Source of the DNA: Nitrospirota bacterium
GTDB taxonomy: Bacteria; Nitrospirota; UBA9217
Direction: 5' to 3'
Assembly: GCA_963751455.1 (NCBI GenBank)
Contig: CAVVUN010000002.1
Location: 448,001-512,000, forward strand
DNA: 64,000 nucleotides
The position numbers and the translations under genes were made by a program. The notes under the pieces are model-generated. The model was not told the DNA's origin. It saw only the letters and a list, made by a program, of their open reading frames with translations, and did no database searches. Positions 8,158-18,610 of the stretch are shown here, one piece after another (the first letter of the stretch is position 1; every line of letters starts with the position of its first letter).

Positions 8158-11100
8158 ATGAATTCGACACGGGAATTATGCAGCCTCGACTACCTGGTCG
8201 GGACTCTTTCTACCGCGTATAAGGGAGCTATTACCTCGCTTGCTGTCACGGATTTCTGCATGATCGAAGAAGGCGATTCCATCACCCTCAACGGGACAAT
8301 ACTCGCAATGCCGCAGGGGAACTATGATGCGTCGCTTATAGGCAGGGGCAATGAGCTTGCGAGGGCAAGGGTCGGGAACGGGTTCTTCGAGCTGAAGGCG
8401 CCTGGCGACACGGTCCGCGAGGCAAAGGACCTACAGATCGACATCGTGCAGTCGGGCAGGCATATCGGGACTTTCCTGCTCAAAAAGGAAAACAACCGTG
8501 GAATATATATTTCAGCTGCTGAATTGTCCGAGGAACTGAAAGGCTTCGATTTCAGAAAACTGACCGTTCGTTTGGGAAACAGGGTAGGACTGCTCAGAAA
8601 GGCTGAAGGCATTATTGCAGCTGTTTTTTCGACAAAGAAGGACTGGAATTCATTTTCACGGCAACTGCATACATTTTCTGCAGATCTTTTCTGGTCTGCC
8701 CCGGATGTTTTCTACGGGTCATTCGATATCCTGGTCCATTTTTCAGTCAAGAGCGCGGAAAGGACCGGCTCAGCAGATGCGGGCAAGCCTGTGGAGAATG
8801 TTCTCGATTTAATCGCGCTTCCGCTCGAGCATGAAGGGGACGGCAGGAAAATTCGCATGGCTGCCGGGGAATGGCTGAAAGAACTGAAAGCTTCTTCGCT
8901 GGATCTGTCCGTGACACCGCAAACGGCGGTGCGCATTCTTTCTTCAATTGCTGGGCGGTTCGCGGATATTGAAACGGAGCCCCTGCTCGAATCGCTTCTT
9001 GAATCGTTGAGGAAAAAGATAACCGCTCTTCCTCTTCTTCCTGAATCGACCGTAGATATGCTGAGAGCGCATTTCAACAGCGAGGAATATGAACTGATTA
9101 TGCTGTACACCAGCCAGGGACGGAGGCAGCTCCTGGGCAAGCTTGCCGAAGCCGGCCGCTCCCTGGAAAACAAGGAAATTGGAAAGGTATTCCAATTTCT
9201 CTTCGCGTTAAATACCGGTCTGCTGGACGAAGCTAAGACCGTGCAGCGGTTGTACGAGACGATCGCGGGCGCAATGAATGCAGGGTCAGCCGACTTGTTC
9301 GTATCGGGCCTGATCCGGCTTTTCGACCATTTGCGCTTTATGTCTTCTGCCGCGCTTGATACTATAAAAGCGAGCATACAGCTCATAATCCGTAAACTGG
9401 TCTCCTACGGTAAAGTTGAGGCGTGCCGTGCGCTGCTGAGCGCGATGAGCCGTATACCTTCGCCCGCGCTGGAAGAGCTGCTCCTGGACGCCGGGGTTGC
9501 GGGGGCGGTCCTCGATTCCGGCCGCAAAGAGCTTTCGGATGAGTACTCGGCCATCATCGAACAGATTGTGATACCTGCTCCGAAGGTACGCGAGCTATCG
9601 ACCGAAACCTGGGCCGAGATCGCCAACCCGCTGCATCTGGACCGCCTTATCAGATTTATGGACGTGTTGCAGGTCGGACAGGGACAGCTTCGGAATGTTC
9701 TTGTGCACGTCATTGCGAACCTCTCCATCAGCGGAGCATTCATCCCCGATGACAGGCTTTTCCAGCGAAGGGTTTCCTCGTATCTGAATTCCGCGGCAAT
9801 GCAGAATGATTTTCTTCTGAATTACCTCTTGCTGGAAAAATTGCCGGTCTACTATCACGAAGTCGGGGCCGTGAGCACGATACGGGATTACTCTACGGAG
9901 ATAGATTCCTGGGGGAACGATCCGGTCCTGTACTTTTTGAGGAAACAGGTCCATGTGAATGCGAGCAACTACAATGTACGCTTGATTGAAAAGATCATCG
10001 CTTCCTGGGTTTTCGATGATCCCTCCCTGGTGCGCGAAGCCGTTCCCGCGGATGTTTATCACGGTTTGAACCGCGCGCTTTTCCATGGGTATGCTCAAAG
10101 AATAAAACCTGTTTTTCAAGGGATGAGAGTGCTCGACGCTGAAGGCCTTCATTTGGAGAGGCTCATGCAGCTCACTGAGAATGAACTGCACGATACTATA
10201 GTGAAAAGCGGGGACCGCGGTGAAATACCTTCAAAGATTCTGCTCATCTGCATGCTGTACCGTGAGCTCATGAAGAAGTATTCTCTCAGTGACCGGGATT
10301 TCAGGCGGGGAGATGCCGTCCGGGTATTGGCGGAACATGTTGATTATGTGCAAAAGCTGAGAGAGCTCGTCCTGGCGGAGGAAAAAACTGTCGCCACCGA
10401 ATCACTTTATTTCAAACGGCACATTGCGTTCGGGATTCCTTCGGTGCTCGGCACGTATCATGAACCCAAGTTTGATGCAATGGCGCAACTGCTGCGCGCG
10501 GATGCCAAAGCAAGAGTGGTTCTGGAAGAAGCGACTGAGAGCATTGAGCGGGCAAAAAATGGTTTTACTCTGCAAGAGGCGCTTTCATGGCTCCAAATCC
10601 TTGCCTCCGGATACGGCATTTTAAAGATCCATGGGGCTGAGAATATGCAGCTGGAAGAACTGGGGGTTGCGGTAATTGAAAATAAACTGCACCTGTCGCA
10701 GGTGCGCGACATACTGGCTCTGTGGCAGAAAGAACTTGCCTGGATCGCGGAATCAATAAACCGTATTTTCCAGGAGAAATGCCTCGCTGATATCAACCGG
10801 TTCCCCAAAGACGAACTGCCCCAGTCCCTGATGAACCTTGATCAGGCAGCGCACGACTTTGCTCAAAAGGCGGCGGATATCGTGGTCAGGAATATCATCA
10901 GTACGGTTCCCGGTCTTATTGAGTCGGACCGAATGGTGGAACAGCTTCAGATCGCTTTCTCGGATACTGCTTTAACCCTTCAGGACCCGGTATTAAACGA
11001 GCAAAAATTATCAGAGGAGCGGCGCTTTTATCCGCTCTCTGAGATAGGGCGCGCGGATGTAATGAGACTCGGTCCCCAGCTCGGCAGCAAAGCGAAAAAC

Positions 11101-12552
11101 CTTGCGCTTCTCCAGGGAAGGGGTTTTCCTGTCCCGGCAGCCGTAGTCTTTCCGGCCGCACATACGCACGAAATCGGATCTCTGCACGGCCCGAAATTCA
11201 AGAATCTTCTGAAAGACGCGGTCTCTGATATCGAACGCAGGACAGGCGCCGGATTCGGGGACCCTGAAAGACCGCTATTTTTGTCCGTCAGGAGCGGTTC
11301 CTACGTATCCATGCCGGGTATATTGTCTTCCCTACTCTATTGCGGAATGAACAGGGAAACGCTTGACGGGCTTTCAGAAAAGAGCGGCGAGGCGCTTGCC
11401 TGGGATTCATACCGGAGATTCATCGAACAGTATTCAGTTGTGGTGCTCGGCCTTGATCCGGAAATATTTGAAACCATCATGAATACTATTGTCAAGAAAA
11501 GCCGTGTGTTCGAGCAGGAGGCGGAGTTTGACGGAGCGCACCTGAAAAGAATTGTCGAGCTTTATCAGGAGGAAATCAGCAGCAAAGGGCTTGCTATTCC
11601 CGATGACGTCTATGAGCAGCTGGGCCAAAGCGTCCGCTCTATTTATGCTTCATGGTTTACGGAGCGCGCTAAATCATTCAGGCGGGCGCTGAAGATCTCC
11701 GAACAATGGGGCACGGCTGTTATGCTGATGCAGATGGTTTCAGGGAACACGGCGGGGTCCGGCGCATCCGTCTTTTTTACCCGCAATCCGTTTACCTATG
11801 AGCAGGAAATCTACGGCGAGACCCGCGAAGGAGCCAGCGGAGATGATCTGGTTTACGGCAGGCACAGGAACCGTCCGATCGGCAAAATCCAGATTGCGGA
11901 GAAGGCTCCCGGACAAGCCCGGCAGACAACGTTGAGCCTCGAAGAAGTTGATCCCCATTTGTACGAACTGCACCGGGACCTTGGTCGGAAAGTGGAGCAG
12001 GCCATGGGCGGGCTTCCCCAGGAGATCGAAGCTACCTATGTCCTGCAGCCGGACGGAACAAAAAAGATTTTTCTCCTGCAGGCCCGGCGAATGGAATTCA
12101 GCGGCGGCCGCCCGTTGAGGTTCAGCGATGTGTGCATGATGGAAAATACCATCATCGGGAGGGGAATCGGCGGATACGGAGGAGCTTTAAGCGGCGTTGC
12201 GTCTTTTGCGCGGGACCGCGACGAAGTGGTCCGCCTTCACAGGGAGAGCGGACTGCCGGTGATCCTGCTCAGAATGACGGCGAGCACCGATGACGTCTCT
12301 CTTATGCCCGTGATTAGCGGCATTATAACATCGGCGGGAGGCGTTACGTCACATGCTGCAGTACTTGCACGAAAATTCGGGATAAACGCGGTCTTGGCAT
12401 GTACCGGCATGTCCATCGAGATTGATAAATACGGGGAACTTTTCGCACGAATCGGGGATGCCATCGTAAAAAAGGGGACAGCAATAAGTCTTGACGGCTC
12501 GACAGGCCTGATATTCTCAGGTGTATGCCTGATTACCGAAAAAAGAGCCTGA
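8158..12552 (+). CDS. Large PPDK-like protein: long N-terminal region, ATP-grasp domain, C-terminal phospho-His domain
   Basis: GSKAKNL..GFPVP, LSVRSGSYVSMPG, QMVSGN, TRNP, TSHAAVLAR; ends shortly after the His domain. Confidence 0.85.
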   Translation: MNSTRELCSLDYLVGTLSTAYKGAITSLAVTDFCMIEEGDSITLNGTILAMPQGNYDASLIGRGNELARARVGNGFFELKAPGDTVREAKDLQIDIVQSGRHIGTFLLKKENNRGIYISAAELSEELKGFDFRKLTVRLGNRVGLLRKAEGIIAAVFSTKKDWNSFSRQLHTFSADLFWSAPDVFYGSFDILVHFSVKSAERTGSADAGKPVENVLDLIALPLEHEGDGRKIRMAAGEWLKELKASSLDLSVTPQTAVRILSSIAGRFADIETEPLLESLLESLRKKITALPLLPESTVDMLRAHFNSEEYELIMLYTSQGRRQLLGKLAEAGRSLENKEIGKVFQFLFALNTGLLDEAKTVQRLYETIAGAMNAGSADLFVSGLIRLFDHLRFMSSAALDTIKASIQLIIRKLVSYGKVEACRALLSAMSRIPSPALEELLLDAGVAGAVLDSGRKELSDEYSAIIEQIVIPAPKVRELSTETWAEIANPLHLDRLIRFMDVLQVGQGQLRNVLVHVIANLSISGAFIPDDRLFQRRVSSYLNSAAMQNDFLLNYLLLEKLPVYYHEVGAVSTIRDYSTEIDSWGNDPVLYFLRKQVHVNASNYNVRLIEKIIASWVFDDPSLVREAVPADVYHGLNRALFHGYAQRIKPVFQGMRVLDAEGLHLERLMQLTENELHDTIVKSGDRGEIPSKILLICMLYRELMKKYSLSDRDFRRGDAVRVLAEHVDYVQKLRELVLAEEKTVATESLYFKRHIAFGIPSVLGTYHEPKFDAMAQLLRADAKARVVLEEATESIERAKNGFTLQEALSWLQILASGYGILKIHGAENMQLEELGVAVIENKLHLSQVRDILALWQKELAWIAESINRIFQEKCLADINRFPKDELPQSLMNLDQAAHDFAQKAADIVVRNIISTVPGLIESDRMVEQLQIAFSDTALTLQDPVLNEQKLSEERRFYPLSEIGRADVMRLGPQLGSKAKNLALLQGRGFPVPAAVVFPAAHTHEIGSLHGPKFKNLLKDAVSDIERRTGAGFGDPERPLFLSVRSGSYVSMPGILSSLLYCGMNRETLDGLSEKSGEALAWDSYRRFIEQYSVVVLGLDPEIFETIMNTIVKKSRVFEQEAEFDGAHLKRIVELYQEEISSKGLAIPDDVYEQLGQSVRSIYASWFTERAKSFRRALKISEQWGTAVMLMQMVSGNTAGSGASVFFTRNPFTYEQEIYGETREGASGDDLVYGRHRNRPIGKIQIAEKAPGQARQTTLSLEEVDPHLYELHRDLGRKVEQAMGGLPQEIEATYVLQPDGTKKIFLLQARRMEFSGGRPLRFSDVCMMENTIIGRGIGGYGGALSGVASFARDRDEVVRLHRESGLPVILLRMTASTDDVSLMPVISGIITSAGGVTSHAAVLARKFGINAVLACTGMSIEIDKYGELFARIGDAIVKKGTAISLDGSTGLIFSGVCLITEKRA

Positions 12553-12560
12553 AGCAACTA

Positions 12561-12698
12561 TTTGATGGTTTCGTAAAAAGTCGAAAATCGCCGAAAGACC
12601 GTCATTCCGGCTTGTCCGGAATCCTTCTTTATCAACATGTTGTATGGCGAAACGATTCCCGACAAGCGGGAATGACGACTTTTTACGAGATCATCAAA
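12561..12698. mobile_element. MITE-like element, TIR TTTGATGGTTTCGTAAAAAGTC/GACTTTTTACGAGATCATCAAA, internal GTCATTCC..GGAATGAC palindrome
   Basis: 22-bp imperfect terminal inverted repeats. Confidence 0.75.
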
Positions 12699-12914
12699 CT
12701 ATTGATTTGTTCGTAAGTCGGATTTTAACGGCAATTAATTTTTAAAATCGTTTTCTCCGCCTCTCAGCGCCTCGGCAATGGATTTTTGTTTATTTCGATA
12801 CAGATTCCAGAGTCTTGCGAATATTCGTAATCAATCCTTCCAGCCTTCACCTTTTTATAATACCTTCGATTTTAGAAAAATCTACTCAAGGCAATTCTTC
12901 ATAGTTTAGTACGA

Positions 12915-12942
12915 TTGACAAAGAAACATCCACTGGTAACCT
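12915..12942 (+). promoter_or_regulatory. Putative sigma70 promoter of the radical SAM gene
   Basis: TTGACA-16 nt-TAACCT in an AT-rich intergenic region. Confidence 0.4.
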
Positions 12943-13151
12943 TAATTATAATATTAGAAATCCTTTGTGAATAATTGTTTTCACATCAAACCAGGAAACC
13001 ATCCGTCCTTCTAGACGCGTTGAAAGCGCCGCATATCGATGTCCGTGACAGATCTTATCAAATTTCAAGCAGGAAGCTCAGCAGGGGATTGCTTCTCAGG
13101 ACTGCTTTTTGATGCAACTGTTCCGGCTCGACTGGGGAAACGGAGGAGAAC

Positions 13152-14597
13152 ATGGAACTGAATCAGCTCTGGGAAAAAGTGCCGCCCGACGTTCTTAATT
13201 TTATTTTGCGCAAGGAATCGGTGCGCAAACTTATCCTCAGAAAGGCTGAAGAGAAATTATACAGCGATTTTGTTCTGGGTAATAAAGAGAAGCGTCCGCC
13301 GCGCGTTCAGCAGGGGCGGTACCTTATCCTGAAAAATCTCCTGCGTTCGATAGACAAGGCGATGACCGAAGAGAGGATCTCGCCGGCTGCATCGAGGTCT
13401 ATCTTAAGCAATTTTGTGGGTAAAGTTTTGCTCGGAGAAGAGGACCGCTGCGGCCCTTTCCGCGAGCAGTACGGCGTCTATCCTCCGGCTTTCCTTACGA
13501 TAAGTCCGACTAAAAAATGCAATCTCTTCTGCAAAGGCTGCTATGCTTCGGGCGGTTCATCCGGCAATTCCGAATCGCTGGCATACGACGTTTTCAACAA
13601 AATTTTGGAGGAAAAAAAGAGGCTTTGGGGCTCACATTTTACGGCCATTTCGGGGGGTGAGCCTCTTCTATACCGGGACGGCAAAAAAACGATATTCAAT
13701 ATCTTCGAAGCGCATCAAGACCAGTATTTCATGATGTACACAAACAGCATCCTGGTCTCAAAGGAGACCGCCCGAAGAATGGCAAACCTGGGGAACGTTA
13801 CGCCCGCTGTTTCTCTTGAGGGCTTTGAAAAAGAAACCGACCAGCGCCGGGGCAGGGGTGTTTTCAAAATGATCCTGAGGTCCATGGAGAATCTCCGGCG
13901 AGCGGGGGTTCCCTTCGGCATCAGTGTGACCGCTACGCGCCAGAACGCGGATACAATAATGAAGGACAAATTCGCGGATTTCTTTTTCAAGGAAATGGGG
14001 GCAGTGTACGGATGTATCTTCCAGTACATGCCGATCGGTGGGAGCTGCGGCATGGACATGATGGTCACGCCGGAGCAGCGTGTTGCCCTCTTCCAGAAAG
14101 AACAGCGGATGATCAAGGAATCGAGTCTCTTTCTGGTGGATTTCTGGAACGGAGGGCCCTATACGGTCGGGTGCATGTCAGCCGGCCGGCCGGGCGGGCA
14201 CTTTTACATAGACTGGAACGGCAATATCGCGCCCTGCATTTTTTATCCGTATTACGTCACGAACATATACGACCTTTACCGGAACAACAAGACGTTGAAT
14301 GAAGTCCTGTTCTCGCCGTATTTCAACTCAATCCGCTCGTGGCAGGACGAGTATGGTTACACCCAGCCGCCCGATAAGGTCGGCAATTTCATTGTCCCCT
14401 GCATAGTCAGGGATCATTATAATGAAGCCTTTGTACGGGTGAATGAGTTCGGGGCGCGGCCCATGGATGAAAACGCCGAACACGCCCTGAATGACCAGGA
14501 TTACCGGAAGCGGATGACGGAATACGGGCAGAACGCGAAGTCACTGACCCAGAAGCACTGGGAATCGGAATTCATGGGAAAAGGAACGGAGATATGA
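13152..14597 (+). CDS. Radical SAM protein with SPASM/twitch-like C-terminal region
   Basis: CNLFCKGC, SGGEP, GCMSAG...YIDWNGNIAPC. Confidence 0.88.
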   Translation: MELNQLWEKVPPDVLNFILRKESVRKLILRKAEEKLYSDFVLGNKEKRPPRVQQGRYLILKNLLRSIDKAMTEERISPAASRSILSNFVGKVLLGEEDRCGPFREQYGVYPPAFLTISPTKKCNLFCKGCYASGGSSGNSESLAYDVFNKILEEKKRLWGSHFTAISGGEPLLYRDGKKTIFNIFEAHQDQYFMMYTNSILVSKETARRMANLGNVTPAVSLEGFEKETDQRRGRGVFKMILRSMENLRRAGVPFGISVTATRQNADTIMKDKFADFFFKEMGAVYGCIFQYMPIGGSCGMDMMVTPEQRVALFQKEQRMIKESSLFLVDFWNGGPYTVGCMSAGRPGGHFYIDWNGNIAPCIFYPYYVTNIYDLYRNNKTLNEVLFSPYFNSIRSWQDEYGYTQPPDKVGNFIVPCIVRDHYNEAFVRVNEFGARPMDENAEHALNDQDYRKRMTEYGQNAKSLTQKHWESEFMGKGTEI

Positions 14598-14727
14598 AAT
14601 CGAAACGCCTGTTAAAGATATTGAAACATCGGCAGGGCCTCATATCGAAAGTGAGGACGTTGTCAGCGTGCCGGCGTCTGCGTCTGCGACGCTATGCGCC
14701 TGTGCCGCTCGGGATTGCATAAGAATA

Positions 14728-14976
14728 AGCCTAAAAAGAGCATTGGGACGCAGAAAAATCGGATAAACGCGGATAAGGTCGGATAAAAAAACGTTCTTGT
14801 ATCGTAAAAGCAGTCACCCTTCGGGTGAATTTTTTTCTCTAAAAATTCTGTAACTACTCAGGTCATTTTTTTATCCGCAGATTACGCAGATTTCGCAGAT
14901 AAAAACAAAACCAGAATTCCGGTTTTAGAATCTGCGTCAATCTGCGAAATCTGCGTCCAACTGCCGTTTTCAGGAT
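14728..14976 (-). mobile_element. Composite MITE: ATCCT-AAAA family element fused with part of the GTAACTA MITE
   Basis: 14728-14849 matches the reverse complement of 53437-53560; 14850-~14957 matches 28741 onward; the end matches 53382-53405. Confidence 0.75.
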
Positions 14977-14993
14977 AAGAGGTTACGGCTGTT

Positions 14994-16010
14994 TCATGAT
15001 TCGACAAGCCTGGCGCTTCTTCGCGGGATAGTATCATTGGGCTGAACAAGGACGTTGTTCAGCCCGAACTGTTTTTTAAGCGTCTTAATGTTCGATCGCT
15101 TCTGGCCGATCGCGCTCGAGACGTCCCCGGGATTGACGAGAAATAATGCGCTGCCAGGCGTGCACTTCCCGGCGTATAAGGCCGCTCTCATGCGTTCCAG
15201 CAAAATTGACGATTCCACAAGCTGCCGAAAGGCGGGATGGTAAGGGCCCGCGAGAATCGTTCCCGGCTTTTCCAATTCTTCCGTCGGCTGAAGGCCGACC
15301 CTGATTACCCTGATTCGCGCTGTTTCAAATCTCACAAGCGCTTTTTTGCAGAGATTGACGGCTTCATCAAGTGAGAGAGGAGAATAGCGTCCGGTACAAT
15401 AGAGCTTCTCGAGCGGAGTGTCCCTGATCACGAGCGCCGGGTAAAGACGCACGAAGTCCGGTCCGAGCGCTATCGTCCGTTCAACTGTTTCCATGAATTG
15501 CTCGATAGAATCGCCGGGCAGACCCGGCATCAATTGCATGCCTATCTCAAACCCCTGTTCCTTAAGCATTCTAACCGCGTTTACGGTATCCGATGCCGTG
15601 TGACCCCGACCCGACATGGTCAATACGGTATCGTTCATTGACTGGACGCCGAGTTCGACGGTTTCGACGTGACCTTGTTTAAGGATTGTCAGAATTTCCG
15701 CGCTGACGCAGTCCGGCCTCGTCGAGAGCCTGATGCTCCTGATCCGCCCGGACCGAATGAACGGATCGGCTGCTTTGAGGTAAGCTTGCTGAAGATCGAG
15801 TGGGAGCGCCGTGAATGTTCCGCCGTAGAAGGCGATCTGGGCGGACTCAGTCGCCGTACCAGTCTCAAGATATTCTTTGATTTTTCCGGACAGGGAAACA
15901 GGCTCTACCGATTTTTGCATGCCGGTAATATTTTTCTGGTTGCAAAAAATACATTGATGCGGACATCCGGAATGGGGGATGAAGAAGGGGATGATCATAA
16001 AGTAACTCAT
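14994..16010 (-). CDS. Radical SAM protein (Elp3/HemN-like, rnc-associated)
   Basis: IPHSGCPHQCIFCNQ, FYGGTFT, RLSTRPD, ELGVQS, GPYHPAF. Confidence 0.88.
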   Translation of the reverse strand: MSYFMIIPFFIPHSGCPHQCIFCNQKNITGMQKSVEPVSLSGKIKEYLETGTATESAQIAFYGGTFTALPLDLQQAYLKAADPFIRSGRIRSIRLSTRPDCVSAEILTILKQGHVETVELGVQSMNDTVLTMSGRGHTASDTVNAVRMLKEQGFEIGMQLMPGLPGDSIEQFMETVERTIALGPDFVRLYPALVIRDTPLEKLYCTGRYSPLSLDEAVNLCKKALVRFETARIRVIRVGLQPTEELEKPGTILAGPYHPAFRQLVESSILLERMRAALYAGKCTPGSALFLVNPGDVSSAIGQKRSNIKTLKKQFGLNNVLVQPNDTIPRRSARLVES

Positions 16011-16065
16011 TGAAAATTGCAAATTGGAAAATGCAAATTGAAAATCTATGACACTGCGCGTGCGG

Positions 16066-16761
16066 TCAAGAGCGGATTTCCCGGCCAAACCCGGCCAGGG
16101 CTTCCTTGGCAGCGCGTTGCTCTGCCTCTTTCTTGCTTTTGCCGCTGCCGCGGCCTTTCACGTTTCCGTTGATCAAAACCTCGACCTCAAACTGCTTCTG
16201 GTGGTCCGGACCGGTCTCCGAAGCAATCCGGTATTCCGGGAGCTGCCTGAGACGGTCCTGGCAGAGTTCCTGGAGTTCGGTTTTGTAGTCCAGCGCTGAG
16301 GGCATGCTGCAGCTTAACCTCATTATTTCTTCAAAAAAGCGTATCACGAACGCTTCGGCCGTCTGTTTACCGGCATCGAGGTAAATGGACGCAATGAGCG
16401 CTTCCAGGCAGTCGGCAAGCAGGGAGTCCTTGTTCCGGCCCCCTGTCTGCTCTTCTCCGCGCCCCAGCAGCAGATAAGTCCCTAGTCCGAGCCTGCGGGC
16501 AACGGCCGCCAGAGCGGGTTCGCTGACGATGGAGGCGCGGAGTTTGGAAAGTTCACCCTCGCTTGATGCCGGACACAACTTCATTAAATATTCACTAACA
16601 AGGAAATTGAGGACGGAGTCCCCGAGGAACTCCATCCGTTCATTATGGTAGGGCACTTTGTTTTCGTTGGCGTAGGACTTGTGAGTGAGGGCGCGTTCGA
16701 GCAACTCGGGATTGCTGAACCGATGGCCGATGCGCTCCTGCATGTCCAAGAGGGAAGGCAT
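16066..16761 (-). CDS. rnc: Ribonuclease III
   Basis: ALTHKSY, NERMEFLGDSVL, dsRBD with GKSKKEAEQRAA. Confidence 0.97.
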   Translation of the reverse strand: MPSLLDMQERIGHRFSNPELLERALTHKSYANENKVPYHNERMEFLGDSVLNFLVSEYLMKLCPASSEGELSKLRASIVSEPALAAVARRLGLGTYLLLGRGEEQTGGRNKDSLLADCLEALIASIYLDAGKQTAEAFVIRFFEEIMRLSCSMPSALDYKTELQELCQDRLRQLPEYRIASETGPDHQKQFEVEVLINGNVKGRGSGKSKKEAEQRAAKEALAGFGREIRS

Positions 16762-16810
16762 AGTACTCCGTCACAGAAAGCCGCCCGTATTACGGTTACC
16801 CGGACAGGGT

Positions 16811-18067
16811 TTATTTCCGGAATTTTCTGAAGACCAGGCACGCATTGGTGCCGCCGAACCCGAAGGAATTAGACATGACCACCTCTACAGAAGCTTTTCT
16901 CGCGACATTTGGAACATAATCGAGGTCGCATTCCGGGTCGGGGTGCTCCAGGTTGATGGTCGGCGGCAGAACGCCGCGATCCATGGCAAGAACGGATATG
17001 ACGGCCTCCACACCCCCGGCAGCGCCGAGCAGATGCCCGGTCATCGATTTCGTGGAGCTTACCGGGATTTTGTAAGCCCTGTCGCCGAACACGGTCTTGA
17101 TCGCAGTTGTTTCGAGCTCGTCGCCGAACTTCGTGGAAGTGCCGTGGGCGTTAATGTACCCCATTTCGGCCGGATCGATGCGGGCGTCCTTGATCGCCAT
17201 CTTCATGCAGCGTGCAGCGCCTTCCCCATTCGGAGCGGGCGCTGTGATGTGATATGCATCGCCCGACGCTCCGTAGCCGATAATCTCGGCGTAAATCCGG
17301 GCGCCACGCTTAAGCGCGAATTCCATTTCCTCCAGGATGACCACTCCGGATCCCTCGCCCATGATGAACCCGTCCCGTTCAGTATCAAACGGACGGCTCG
17401 CGCGCTGGGGTTCAGCGTTGCGGGTTGAAAGGGCTTTCATGGCATTGAACCCTCCCACGCCGAGGACGCAGATGCACGATTCCGATCCGCCGGCGATCAT
17501 GGCGTCCGCGTCGCCCCGCTGTATCCACTTGAAGGCATCGCCGATAGAATGGGTCCCTGTGGCGCATGCCGTGACCACGCAGATGTTCGGTCCCTTGGCG
17601 CCGTACCTGATCGAAATCATTCCGGCGGACTCGTTTATGATCAGCATCGGGATGAAAAACGGAGTTATTTTCCGGAAACCGCGCTCGAGATAAACCTTGT
17701 GGTATTTCTCGATGGACGGGAGCCCGCCCATGCCTGCGCTCACCATGACACCGATGCGCTCGGCGTTCTCGGGCGTGATCTTGAGGCCGGACATGTCCAT
17801 GGCCATCTGGCTGGCGGCGATCCCGAGCTGGATAAAGCGGTCCATTTTCTTGATCTCTTTAAGCTCGATGTACTTCTCGGGCTGGAAGCCCGGGATCTCG
17901 CCTGCTATCTGTGTGGGAACGGTTTTATCATCGAATTGCGTTATCGGACCGATTCCGGACTTGCCGCTGATCAGACCTTCCCAGCTTGTTTCGGTATCGA
18001 GGCCGACGGGCGTTATCATTCCGACCCCGGTAACGACGACTCTTTTCCTCAAAAGACCCTCCTGCAT
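16811..18067 (-). CDS. fabF: 3-oxoacyl-ACP synthase II
   Basis: [43 protein letters not shown]. Confidence 0.97.
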   Translation of the reverse strand: MQEGLLRKRVVVTGVGMITPVGLDTETSWEGLISGKSGIGPITQFDDKTVPTQIAGEIPGFQPEKYIELKEIKKMDRFIQLGIAASQMAMDMSGLKITPENAERIGVMVSAGMGGLPSIEKYHKVYLERGFRKITPFFIPMLIINESAGMISIRYGAKGPNICVVTACATGTHSIGDAFKWIQRGDADAMIAGGSESCICVLGVGGFNAMKALSTRNAEPQRASRPFDTERDGFIMGEGSGVVILEEMEFALKRGARIYAEIIGYGASGDAYHITAPAPNGEGAARCMKMAIKDARIDPAEMGYINAHGTSTKFGDELETTAIKTVFGDRAYKIPVSSTKSMTGHLLGAAGGVEAVISVLAMDRGVLPPTINLEHPDPECDLDYVPNVARKASVEVVMSNSFGFGGTNACLVFRKFRK

Positions 18068-18295
18068 TCGGCCAAGGACTCAACAGCGGTAAACACAACA
18101 GCTTTAAACTCGATTGTCCGACATCCGCCTTCGGATTACGATCGATATCTGTTTCTGTGAACCTGTTTATCCGCGGTTCAATGCCTTATAGGATAAAAAA
18201 TCCGAAAAGCCAAAAAACCGGCGCCGTGTCTGCGGGTCGGTCTTCTGGCTTTCGGAAAAATATTTCAAAAATACTTTCGGTTCAATGCTGAAACA

Positions 18296-18532
18296 CTACT
18301 TGGCTTTTGCCTTGATATAATCCATAGCGTTTTGGACCGTCGCTATTTTCTCTGCATCTTCATCCGGGATTTCAACGCCGAATTCTTCTTCCAGCGCCAT
18401 GACGAGTTCCACGGTGTCGAGCGAGTCAGCGCCCAGGTCGTTGACGAACGACGCCTCAGGTTTTACGTCGCCTTCGGGCACACCGAGCTGCTCGGAAATA
18501 ATCTTTTTCACTTTTGCGTCTATATCTGCCAT
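18296..18532 (-). CDS. acpP: Acyl carrier protein
   Basis: [20 protein letters not shown]. Confidence 0.98.
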   Translation of the reverse strand: MADIDAKVKKIISEQLGVPEGDVKPEASFVNDLGADSLDTVELVMALEEEFGVEIPDEDAEKIATVQNAMDYIKAKAK

Positions 18533-18610
18533 TGTTATCCTCCTGTAGTTGTATCCTAATTTTCTGATCTTATTGATATGATGAACATGAATCCGGAATC
18601 CGCACTACCA

